From IMG/VR virus record IMGVR_UViG_3300019376_000001: a stretch of DNA of 64,000 nucleotides, one strand, 5' to 3'. The notes under the pieces are model-generated. The model was not told the DNA's origin and did not search any database. It saw only the letters and a program-made list of their open reading frames with translations. This document shows, in pieces, positions 7,041 to 15,234 of this stretch; within the stretch, counting starts at the first letter, position 1; each line of letters opens with the position of its first letter. Position numbers and translations under genes: made by a program. This stretch comes from a virus. Lineage: Duplodnaviria; Heunggongvirae; Uroviricota; Caudoviricetes.

Positions 7041-8846
7041 TTACTCCTCCTTTACGCTAAAATATGCTTTTACAATATTATCGTAAATATCACTATTGTA
7101 AAAGGCAGAAGTTGGATAGAAATAACAATCCATCAATGCAATGTCCATATTAGGTACATCTTCAATTTGAGGATAAGTTAATTCTGTACCAAACAAAGTT
7201 TTGAAAATATCTTTAATCTCTTTATTGCTGTATCCATTACACTTATATACCATAATAGAAGCATATAATTTCTGGATGCCATAAAGATAACTCTTTGGAT
7301 TAACAGTTGGAATTTGACCATTATTTCCATTATTTAACATTTGCTCAACAGAGAACATTGGTGAAATACCTTCTCCATTAAACAGACAGCTATCATAAGT
7401 TGACAATAATAAATCGCCAAAATGTTCATAATCATTTGTATTAGCAGATAAGTTTCTAAATAAGTTATACTCATTATAAAGCTTATCATAATACTCTTGG
7501 TCACCAATATGGTCAGTTAAGTCACAAATTAAAGAGGTTAAATTTTGCATTCTTTCAAACATTATAAGCAATGCTTGAACAATAATAGGACTAATGAAAC
7601 GAGCATTCTTTTCACGAATTTGTTCAATAGAACAAAAATCTGGTCCTAAAATATAAACAGCTGCCATCTCATTTGGGATAGGACTGCAATTATAATAAAA
7701 GAATTCATAACCCAAATCTTTGGAGAGCTTTTTATAGTAATCCAATAAATTCACATTTGTACTATCAGGATTTACGAACACTTTACTTTCATATGCCAAA
7801 ACATCATAAGGAACATACTCTACTTTTTCAGTAATAAATTCATCATGAATATAATTAGCTTGAGAATAATTGTTTCCATAGAAATTCAAAACAAAAGATG
7901 CTTTATTTGTTTTTGCAGGAACTTCAAAACCAGAGCAATACATTCTCATATTATCAATACCTTGATATAACTCAGTTAAAATTCTTTCAAATGCGATATC
8001 AAAAACTGGAAAGGCACTGAAGTTTACACGGCAATTACAACCAATTTTATCAATTAACAAACCAGCTAATACTGGCATGCCAAAATTATGGGATAAATCC
8101 ATAACAATAAAATCAAACTCTCGATTAACGATATTACTTACTGCTTCTCTAAAATCTTCTCTTGTAATTGTTTCAAGGTCAACCGCACGATAATGCTCTT
8201 GTGGCTGACTATAAAATAATACAGTTCCCTTGCGCTCAAAAAGCTCGGACAAACCTTGATTCAAAGCTTCTTCTTCTGTATTACCAGCCGCCATACCATT
8301 ACTACCAGTAGCACGCTGCATAATACTTGGGTCTAAATACTTAACCTTTGTGGGGTCAGAAACGCTTGTAAAAGGAACGCCGATTGCGCCATCAGGATAA
8401 TTGATTTCAAAGAACTTCTTCATATTTTCATCAGATTTCAAGAATGTTCTATAATATTGGTCTAAAATATGATTCTCAATAACCATATCATAAGCATCAA
8501 TCTTCTTTTCTTCTGGACAATATACATAGTCTTCTCTCAAGGCTCTAATTTTTCTTTGGAAGTAAGGATTGTTAATATATCCTACTTTATTGGAAAAACG
8601 CTCGAACATTTCACTGTAGCCGCTGGCCAAAGCGAATTCTTGAGTCATACCCTTGCCATTACTACCAAGAACCTCTAAGTTATTGGAAGAAATAGTTACA
8701 TGGCAAGTCCAAGTCCCAATTTCAGTCTGGAACATTGTATGTCCGATTTTAAATCCACTATTCTCGAAAAATGATTTAATTAAATTGACTGTATCCATCG
8801 GACTACGGTCTTTATATTTATTCGATAATAGATTCTCTGACATCAT
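7041..8846 (-). CDS. YcaO-family ATP-dependent peptide-modifying enzyme
   Basis: NGKG...ALASGYSEMFER and GSNGMAAGNTEEEALNQGLSELFER ATP-binding motifs; long C-terminal extension ending SVKEE, with no PxP terminus. Confidence 0.92.
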   Translation of the reverse strand: MMSENLLSNKYKDRSPMDTVNLIKSFFENSGFKIGHTMFQTEIGTWTCHVTISSNNLEVLGSNGKGMTQEFALASGYSEMFERFSNKVGYINNPYFQRKIRALREDYVYCPEEKKIDAYDMVIENHILDQYYRTFLKSDENMKKFFEINYPDGAIGVPFTSVSDPTKVKYLDPSIMQRATGSNGMAAGNTEEEALNQGLSELFERKGTVLFYSQPQEHYRAVDLETITREDFREAVSNIVNREFDFIVMDLSHNFGMPVLAGLLIDKIGCNCRVNFSAFPVFDIAFERILTELYQGIDNMRMYCSGFEVPAKTNKASFVLNFYGNNYSQANYIHDEFITEKVEYVPYDVLAYESKVFVNPDSTNVNLLDYYKKLSKDLGYEFFYYNCSPIPNEMAAVYILGPDFCSIEQIREKNARFISPIIVQALLIMFERMQNLTSLICDLTDHIGDQEYYDKLYNEYNLFRNLSANTNDYEHFGDLLLSTYDSCLFNGEGISPMFSVEQMLNNGNNGQIPTVNPKSYLYGIQKLYASIMVYKCNGYSNKEIKDIFKTLFGTELTYPQIEDVPNMDIALMDCYFYPTSAFYNSDIYDNIVKAYFSVKEE

Positions 8847-8869
8847 AAAACTCCTTCCTTTTTAATTAT

Positions 8870-8898
8870 ATTATAACATAAATTTTATGTTAAGTCAA
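8870..8898 (-). promoter_or_regulatory. Promoter of the YcaO-repeat protein-rSAM operon
   Basis: TTGACT-N17-(TGT)TATAAT about 25 nt upstream of the YcaO ATG; GGAG RBS. Confidence 0.8.
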
Positions 8899-8973
8899 GA
8901 CAAAGCTGAATTGTCTCCTGTATACTATAAAATTCATTATAGATAAATTGTTAACTTCTAACCAAAACTATTA

Positions 8974-9005
8974 AAGAGGTATGTGAATCCCTTCACACAC
9001 CTCTT
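8974..9005 (-). terminator. Hairpin terminator insulating the operon from upstream genes
   Basis: AAGAGG..TGTGAA/TTCACA..CCTCTT inverted repeat just after the stop of 9026-9346. Confidence 0.55.
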
Positions 9006-9025
9006 ATCTTTCGTCCAAATTTCAA

Positions 9026-9346
9026 TTATAGACCAAGTCTCGCCATTAAATCTGCAACAGTCTGCTTTTCTTCATCGGAAATTTCAGCTGGCTCGAAAGA
9101 GGTCTGTGCAACAACCGGCGCACCCATATTTTCAAAATCAAGGTCGCCACCGAAATCTAAAGCTGCAGGATTAACTGCACCTACTGGATTTTTAGGACAG
9201 GTCATAGAAATAGCAATCTGAATTTTCTCGCCGTTCTCTTGTGCCCACACATACACTTTCTTATCATATTCACCAACAAAATCTGCTCCAAAAGCAGCTT
9301 GGATTTTCTTGACTACATTAGCCTTTGCTTCTGCACCCTTTGCCAT
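9026..9346 (-). CDS. Hypothetical phage protein
   Basis: 106-aa ORF (MAKGAEAKANVVKKI...) with AGGAG RBS. Confidence 0.8.
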   Translation of the reverse strand: MAKGAEAKANVVKKIQAAFGADFVGEYDKKVYVWAQENGEKIQIAISMTCPKNPVGAVNPAALDFGGDLDFENMGAPVVAQTSFEPAEISDEEKQTVADLMARLGL

Positions 9347-9361
9347 ATGCTCTTTCTCCTT

Positions 9362-9511
9362 TTACTTTCTCTTGATTATATTAACACCATCAAACTTGAC
9401 TGAGTAAACGGCAAACCAGAACGCCGCAATCAACCAATATGAAGTTTGACGTTGCGCTTCAATTCCTCTATAAGGATAATTGAAGCCGTCAATTATATAT
9501 TTCATACCCAT
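9362..9511 (-). CDS. Small hypothetical protein (49 aa)
   Basis: MGMKYIIDGFNYPYRGIEAQRQTSYWLIAAFWFAVYSVKFDGVNIIKRK fills the gap between two minus-strand genes. Not in the ORF track. Confidence 0.5.
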   Translation of the reverse strand: MGMKYIIDGFNYPYRGIEAQRQTSYWLIAAFWFAVYSVKFDGVNIIKRK

Positions 9512-9513
9512 AT

Positions 9514-10926
9514 TTAGAACGGTAGCAATGAGCTAAAAAACTCTTGCATCCTTTCTTGTCTATCGTCATTATCAGAGTGACAATGCTCACAACGATAGTC
9601 ATGATTTTTCTTGTCATACACTATATCGCTATTCCAATAAAGTTCTCCGCAATTATCACAGGTTCTACATTCTCTATTGGCACATTCTTCACAAACATTT
9701 TCTCCTGAAGATTCGACGTACCAAGAATCATCATATAAAATTCTTCGTCCACAACAAGAGCAGGTGATGTAGGCTTCATCTTCAGAACTCCCATACTCGA
9801 GTTCGCAATCTCGACAAAGCATATCATCTGTCTGAGCGACCGGATATTCGCCGCAGCGCAAACAAGGAATTTCGCCACCAATCAAAAAGTGAATCTCTTT
9901 ATGACCACTGAAATATGATTTATTCCAACAGTAATATGGAATATAACAAGAACTTCTCAACAAATCATTGAAGTGCATCGGATTTTCACAGTCTTCAATC
10001 AGCTCTTCTTTAGGATACAATCTCCCTCGAATTGGAAGATATGGACTCCTGAAGTACATCTCATCTTCATGTTCCTCATCTCCAGCAAAATTGAAGTTGC
10101 GCAATTCATCATTATGCCACTTACTCCACTGTCCGTGGAACTTAAACACATTCATAGAGTGATACAATACTGATTCTAAAGCAGTTTCACTAAAGAATGG
10201 ATATTGCCTGCCCGCAAACATTGCATTCCAAGCATCGCTAAGGAACAATAACATTCTCCATTTCTTAGAGTTCCAAGGAACATCACTTGGGAAATTCGGC
10301 AAATGGTTATCGTCTTTGTCACTCTTTAAGTAACAAATAACAGTAGACTTATCCATCATATAAGATAAATTGCCGCAACGATATTCGCCATCAAGCGCAT
10401 GACAAGAGCGCCAGTTGTATGTGTTTTCACTCGTACTTAAAAAGTCCAAAGGATGAACTGAAAAACACAACCAGCCTTCTACCTTATCCTCTTGGATAAT
10501 CATACTTGCACGATTCTGAATTTCTTCCAAAGTAATCTTGTCATCTTCAAAGAACTTAAAAGCCTTAACGAGCTTCATGCCCTTCGGAATCTTTTCACCC
10601 CTTGGCGCAGTAAAACTCTCAACGACAACATTACTGAAAAAACCGTCTTTATTTTCATCAATGAAACAAGCCAAATCATTGTTTCTCCAAGTCATAGAAA
10701 CAGACTCGATAAACTCATTAACTCGATTCATTTTCTCTTTATAGCTCAGTTCAAAACTGACTTTTTGTGGAATGGTATAAATAAGACGCCCATCCATCGC
10801 TTCAATAATGTCTCTCTTAGCCTCAAGCCATCTGCTAAAAAGCTCGTCAGTTTGGGGTTCATTAATGCCCTGAGAATGTGAAATAACTTTATTAAATTGC
10901 TCTTGGATTTCTTTAATATTAACCAT
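9514..10926 (-). CDS. Conserved phage protein with SxHPxD...WxSC motif and C-terminal CxxC zinc ribbons (paralog of 15235-16836)
   Basis: SVHPLDFLSTSENTYNWRSCHALDGEYRCG; at least 6 CxxC pairs in the C-terminus. Confidence 0.85.
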   Translation of the reverse strand: MVNIKEIQEQFNKVISHSQGINEPQTDELFSRWLEAKRDIIEAMDGRLIYTIPQKVSFELSYKEKMNRVNEFIESVSMTWRNNDLACFIDENKDGFFSNVVVESFTAPRGEKIPKGMKLVKAFKFFEDDKITLEEIQNRASMIIQEDKVEGWLCFSVHPLDFLSTSENTYNWRSCHALDGEYRCGNLSYMMDKSTVICYLKSDKDDNHLPNFPSDVPWNSKKWRMLLFLSDAWNAMFAGRQYPFFSETALESVLYHSMNVFKFHGQWSKWHNDELRNFNFAGDEEHEDEMYFRSPYLPIRGRLYPKEELIEDCENPMHFNDLLRSSCYIPYYCWNKSYFSGHKEIHFLIGGEIPCLRCGEYPVAQTDDMLCRDCELEYGSSEDEAYITCSCCGRRILYDDSWYVESSGENVCEECANRECRTCDNCGELYWNSDIVYDKKNHDYRCEHCHSDNDDRQERMQEFFSSLLPF

Positions 10927-10928
10927 GT

Positions 10929-11984
10929 TTATTTATTCCCCTTGCCTTTTTTCTTTTTATCGGACTTAGGCTTTGGATTCTTTGCGCAGTCGGGGCAAAC
11001 ATCCACAAGACTAATATCAGTACCAGGTTCAACCTCAAATGGCTCTTGACAATATTTACACCAAGATACATTATCAACTAAACAGTCAGGACAATACCAG
11101 CCTGTCTTACCATCTAAGAGTTTAACTGGAAATACTTCTTCTTCGAGGAAGGTCTTATGACACTTCGTACAAACGACTTCATCATCATATGGATAGGAGT
11201 AACAACCGTACCCATACGCTTTAGAGTAGTAGTTTTCTTCCCACCCATCTTTCTTCCAGTTTTTCCAATTCCAAGCGTAGGGACTGGGAATATACTTGAA
11301 GAAAGGAATTTCTTCCTCGTCCAACATCTTTTTAACTTTTTCGATTGTTGCGAACATAGGGCTTACAAACAAAAGTTCTTGATGACTGTGTTCATCACGG
11401 TATCCAATAGACAGATTTACACCAGCAACTCCCCATTCAGGACAAAACTCACAGATGTCAGAAAAGCTACCATAGGCCTCAGTAAAGCCGAACTGCTCAA
11501 CATAATCAACAAACTGAGGGTTCTCACAATCATAGAATACACAGTCATTTGTACCACGTCTATCCAGTTCAATAACATACTTCAAATCCTCAAAAGGACA
11601 GCTTAATTTTGCAAGTTCTCCAGCACCCAAACAACCTTTTTCTTCATCGGTGGTAAGGATTACATGAGGACGGTAACCTGCACGCAGAATCTGAATAATT
11701 GCATACACACCAGCTCTATCATCTGCACCCAATCCTTCAGGACTCCAAATTACATTCTTGCGAGTATCATAAAACATTTCAGAAACTGGCTTGTCAAAGA
11801 CAGTATCCATATGCGCCGTCAAAGCAATCGGAATCTCACCAACCGCAACAATATAATCCTTGGTTTCAATAACCTTGCTATACTTCTTTCTGAGGAAATT
11901 GGACATTACCTTTTTCAAAGCCGGTTGCTTTAAAGATACGATTTGTTCAAAAGTCTTCAATTCATTTTCTCGTAAAATTCTCAT
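10929..11984 (-). CDS. M28/M20-clan zinc peptidase with C-terminal Zn ribbons
   Basis: AHMDTV, GADDRAG, DEEKG, ELDRRG and GYRDEH metal-ligand motifs. Confidence 0.88.
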   Translation of the reverse strand: MRILRENELKTFEQIVSLKQPALKKVMSNFLRKKYSKVIETKDYIVAVGEIPIALTAHMDTVFDKPVSEMFYDTRKNVIWSPEGLGADDRAGVYAIIQILRAGYRPHVILTTDEEKGCLGAGELAKLSCPFEDLKYVIELDRRGTNDCVFYDCENPQFVDYVEQFGFTEAYGSFSDICEFCPEWGVAGVNLSIGYRDEHSHQELLFVSPMFATIEKVKKMLDEEEIPFFKYIPSPYAWNWKNWKKDGWEENYYSKAYGYGCYSYPYDDEVVCTKCHKTFLEEEVFPVKLLDGKTGWYCPDCLVDNVSWCKYCQEPFEVEPGTDISLVDVCPDCAKNPKPKSDKKKKGKGNK

Positions 11985-12047
11985 TCACAACAACCTACCT
12001 CTCTTCATATTCTTATATATATATTATATCAAAAATTTAATAAAAAA

Positions 12048-12824
12048 TCAAGATTGGTCGGTAGCTTCCATATAGTCTCTAATTTTTTCCGGGTCAGCCA
12101 AATCAAAAGCACGATAACATATCTTACAATGCCTATTCATTTGACACTTCTGGCCGCAATTTAAACGACTTCTTGCCATATCTGGAAGAATCATACGATT
12201 CACAGCTGGATATTCTAAGTTTGTAATAACCATTGATAAATCTCCGGGCCAGCTCTTTTGTTCTGCGTATAATCTATATAGAGCTTGTTCTTTGCGATTA
12301 TCACAATCCTCAAACTCAATTGTTTCAACATATGGAGCATATGTATCTACATCTTCCGGACGAATCCATGTGCCGCAAACCCCATCGGGATGAGGAAAGG
12401 TATCTGTAAATGCAATGTTTGGAATTGCTCTAACAGGAATATTAAACAACTTAACTTCATCCATTTGGAAGAATAAAGGTTCGGCCAGGCGCACATAACA
12501 AACGCCCAAATCTCTTAAAGCGTTCAATTCATAAAAAGTTTTAATTGGATAACCAATATAAAACTTTAATTCTTTTTCTTTACATACTTTAGCATCTTCA
12601 AAAGAAGATAAACACATAATAAAATTACCTTTAGCTAAAACATTCCAACGAACGCAATCATTCCAGTTAATCTCTTCTCCAGAGTAACACATTAAAATAA
12701 TTGTTGCGTCTGGATAATTATCAATTAAATCCGGAATAATCTTTCTATCTCTAAATTCAACTTTAATTTCATCTGCCTTTTGGAGATATGCTTTTTCTTG
12801 TCTGCAATTTAAGCAATATTTCAT
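12048..12824 (-). CDS. Divergent U32-peptidase-like protein
   Basis: RAIPN...WIRPEDVDTY and C-terminal CGQKC...CKIC pattern resembling U32-like families. Confidence 0.5.
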   Translation of the reverse strand: MKYCLNCRQEKAYLQKADEIKVEFRDRKIIPDLIDNYPDATIILMCYSGEEINWNDCVRWNVLAKGNFIMCLSSFEDAKVCKEKELKFYIGYPIKTFYELNALRDLGVCYVRLAEPLFFQMDEVKLFNIPVRAIPNIAFTDTFPHPDGVCGTWIRPEDVDTYAPYVETIEFEDCDNRKEQALYRLYAEQKSWPGDLSMVITNLEYPAVNRMILPDMARSRLNCGQKCQMNRHCKICYRAFDLADPEKIRDYMEATDQS

Positions 12825-12957
12825 CTTAAACTCCTCCTTTTACTTATATTGTACCATTTTTTTGTAAGAAAGTCAATAAAAATTACCCAATGGCAATTTT
12901 ATTCTCGCCTTACGATTTGCACGCCCCTCAGCGCCCGGAGCAGCTTTGTGAAACAAA

Positions 12958-12986
12958 AAACCCATCTCAAAATTTGAGATGGGTTT
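12958..12986 (-). terminator. Intrinsic terminator after the chorismate mutase gene
   Basis: AAACCCATCTC-AAAATTT-GAGATGGGTTT followed by a U-tract on the minus strand. Confidence 0.8.
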
Positions 12987-12991
12987 CTATA

Positions 12992-13255
12992 TTATTCAAC
13001 GCTACGAGCGTAACACATAATTACCGGCCAAATTGTTTCGACCAGACCGGGATACTTACAGGCCGCAGCCAAAGCTTCAATTTTTCTTTTCTCTACTTCT
13101 GGGACATAAATAGGAGCATTATATAATTCTTTAATTGCACCAACTTGCTTTACAGCGTCGATGCGCTCCTCCAATAAATGCAAAATATCAGTATCAATTA
13201 ACTGAATTGTCATTCGTAAAGTGTCCAACATAGCTTCATCTTCTGGTTTCATCAT
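12992..13255 (-). CDS. Chorismate mutase type II (AroQ-like)
   Basis: LRMTIQLIDTDILHLLEERIDAVKQVGAIK...PIYVPEVE matches the CM_2 N-terminal helical pattern. Confidence 0.75.
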   Translation of the reverse strand: MMKPEDEAMLDTLRMTIQLIDTDILHLLEERIDAVKQVGAIKELYNAPIYVPEVEKRKIEALAAACKYPGLVETIWPVIMCYARSVE

Positions 13256-14658
13256 ATAATACCTCCAAATATGAATCCAAAACCTACAACGAATACAATC
13301 GAAATAACCGTTGCAATACCACCATATATCAACATATCTTTGGAATCACAATATTCAGACCCTGCCGCAAGTGCTACATGAGCGATAGCTGGTGGAGTTG
13401 CATAAGCCATTGATGCGCACATACCAATCAAGATAGTAGACAAAACAGGCGAAATAACTCCAGTTGCAATTACTATTGGTGTCAGTAAATTATATGAAAC
13501 GGTAGTCGTAACAATATTTGACATTAAATTAGTCATTACTACAGTGAAGCATACTATTGCAAAAATCAAACCTAACATTGAAGGTTGACCAATAATTGCT
13601 CCAAGACCCTCGCCAATCGCCGCGGTAATGCCGAGGTCCGCAGAAGTTAACCATTTACCAACTGCAAGAGTTGATGCACACAAAATAATTGCTGTCCAAG
13701 GCACGCCATTCTTCATTGCATCATTGAATTTCAAAATGCCAAACAAACAAAGAACAATGACGCCCAGCATAGGAGGAACAGTTGTGGTCCAAGTTTTTAA
13801 TATTGGAAGCCAATCTGGGAATAAACCAGAGACCATCCACATTGCCACAACAACCAAGAAAACAATTAAAGCAACAATCTCTTTTCGAGTAATCTTAGTC
13901 GTATTTTCAGAAGCAGCGACTTGAACATGAGCCACTTGTTTCCTAAAACCTAACCATAAAGCGCCAAAGGTTGCCCCCGCCGCACACAATCCAGCTGGAA
14001 TACCAATCAGCATATAATCAATCCAGTTAATAACTTCCTCAGTCGCAGATTCATAAAAGCCAATCGCCATGAGCGGGAAGGTGTGAGCAATAGGAGTCAT
14101 CGCGCAAGATATTGAAGTCATAATAGCCGTACCAATCATTAACATCTTTGCATATGCGTTGCCCTTTTGGAATCCATTAATGTCGTAAATTTCCTTCGCC
14201 AAAGCAAAGAATAAAACGAATAAAACGGTCGGGGAAATGAAGCTTCCGATTACCAAAATGGATACGAAATACATTGCCGCAAATGCCCATTGGGATTTCT
14301 TTGCTATTGGTGTATTAACAAACCATAATGCGATTCGTCTCAAAAGTCCAGTCGTGGAGAGCGCATATGTCAGCGCGCAACTGAAAATGAGGAAGGCAAT
14401 AGTATTATTACCCAATGAATTCGCCATTACTATCGATATGGTCACATCAGTCAACTGCGTCAATGAAAATAGCACCAGTAAGCTCGGCCAGCCTACATCC
14501 ACAAAAAGCCACATAATGATAGCACCAATGAATATGCCAATCATTGTAATTGCATCGCCACTTAACCCAGCGAACGCAATGTCCAAACTTGGGAACAATG
14601 TCGTAAAGAACATGCATATGCACCCAAGCCAAAATGCAAACATCTTTTTACCAGACAT
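13252..14658 (-). CDS. SLC13/DASS-family anion permease
   Basis: ~469-aa polytopic membrane protein with SFISPT, TPIAH, TNLMSN and YATPPA motifs. RBS supports the ATG at 14658. Confidence 0.88.
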   Translation of the reverse strand: MSGKKMFAFWLGCICMFFTTLFPSLDIAFAGLSGDAITMIGIFIGAIIMWLFVDVGWPSLLVLFSLTQLTDVTISIVMANSLGNNTIAFLIFSCALTYALSTTGLLRRIALWFVNTPIAKKSQWAFAAMYFVSILVIGSFISPTVLFVLFFALAKEIYDINGFQKGNAYAKMLMIGTAIMTSISCAMTPIAHTFPLMAIGFYESATEEVINWIDYMLIGIPAGLCAAGATFGALWLGFRKQVAHVQVAASENTTKITRKEIVALIVFLVVVAMWMVSGLFPDWLPILKTWTTTVPPMLGVIVLCLFGILKFNDAMKNGVPWTAIILCASTLAVGKWLTSADLGITAAIGEGLGAIIGQPSMLGLIFAIVCFTVVMTNLMSNIVTTTVSYNLLTPIVIATGVISPVLSTILIGMCASMAYATPPAIAHVALAAGSEYCDSKDMLIYGGIATVISIVFVVGFGFIFGGII

Positions 14659-14678
14659 AATAACCTCCTTATTCAATT

Positions 14679-14710
14679 AAAAAAGAGGGAACAGGTTTCC
14701 CTGTCCCCTC
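14679..14710 (-). terminator. Intrinsic terminator
   Basis: GAGGGGACAG/CAGG..TCCCTC hairpin followed by TTTTTT on the minus strand. Confidence 0.75.
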
Positions 14711-14722
14711 AAATCGCCAATC

Positions 14723-15136
14723 TTACTCAGCGTCAGCAACCTGTGCGATTCTGTAAGACTGAACCTTACGAGCCTTAACGCCCTCGCCGCCAGGGATAGT
14801 CTTCTCAGCCTTTTCAGCCACACCAGCCTTAACGAGTGCGTTCAAGCGATATGCAACCTTAGCAGTAGTCACATCTTCGCCCTCGATGCAGGCAGTAACC
14901 TCGGCGATAGTCTGATACTCATCAGTGAGAACATTCTCAACTGCGATAGTGAGCTCGTCAGCCTCAGCCTTCTTGTTAGCAGCGGCTTCCTTAGCCTTAG
15001 CAGCCTTCTTCTCGAGCAGAGCAATCTCGTTGCCCACGAACTCAGTGAGCATATCAGCATCTGCATGGTCGGAAGTGGCGAGAATGTCGAGAATCATTGC
15101 GAACTTGTCTTTCTTAGTAATCTTAGCGTTAGTCAT
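14723..15136 (-). CDS. Putative winged-HTH DNA-binding protein, distant member of the MANTKKMTK family
   Basis: KITKKDKF...EIALLEKK...YQTIAEV...KVAYRLNALVKAG aligns with 29119, 29980 and 33705. Confidence 0.7.
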   Translation of the reverse strand: MTNAKITKKDKFAMILDILATSDHADADMLTEFVGNEIALLEKKAAKAKEAAANKKAEADELTIAVENVLTDEYQTIAEVTACIEGEDVTTAKVAYRLNALVKAGVAEKAEKTIPGGEGVKARKVQSYRIAQVADAE

Positions 15137-15234
15137 AGTCTTTGTACCTCTTTCTATAATTTTTTTTGATTTTGAGTTAAGGTTTTTTCTTTACCTTACA
15201 TATATATTATAACATTTTTTTTTGAAAAAATCAA

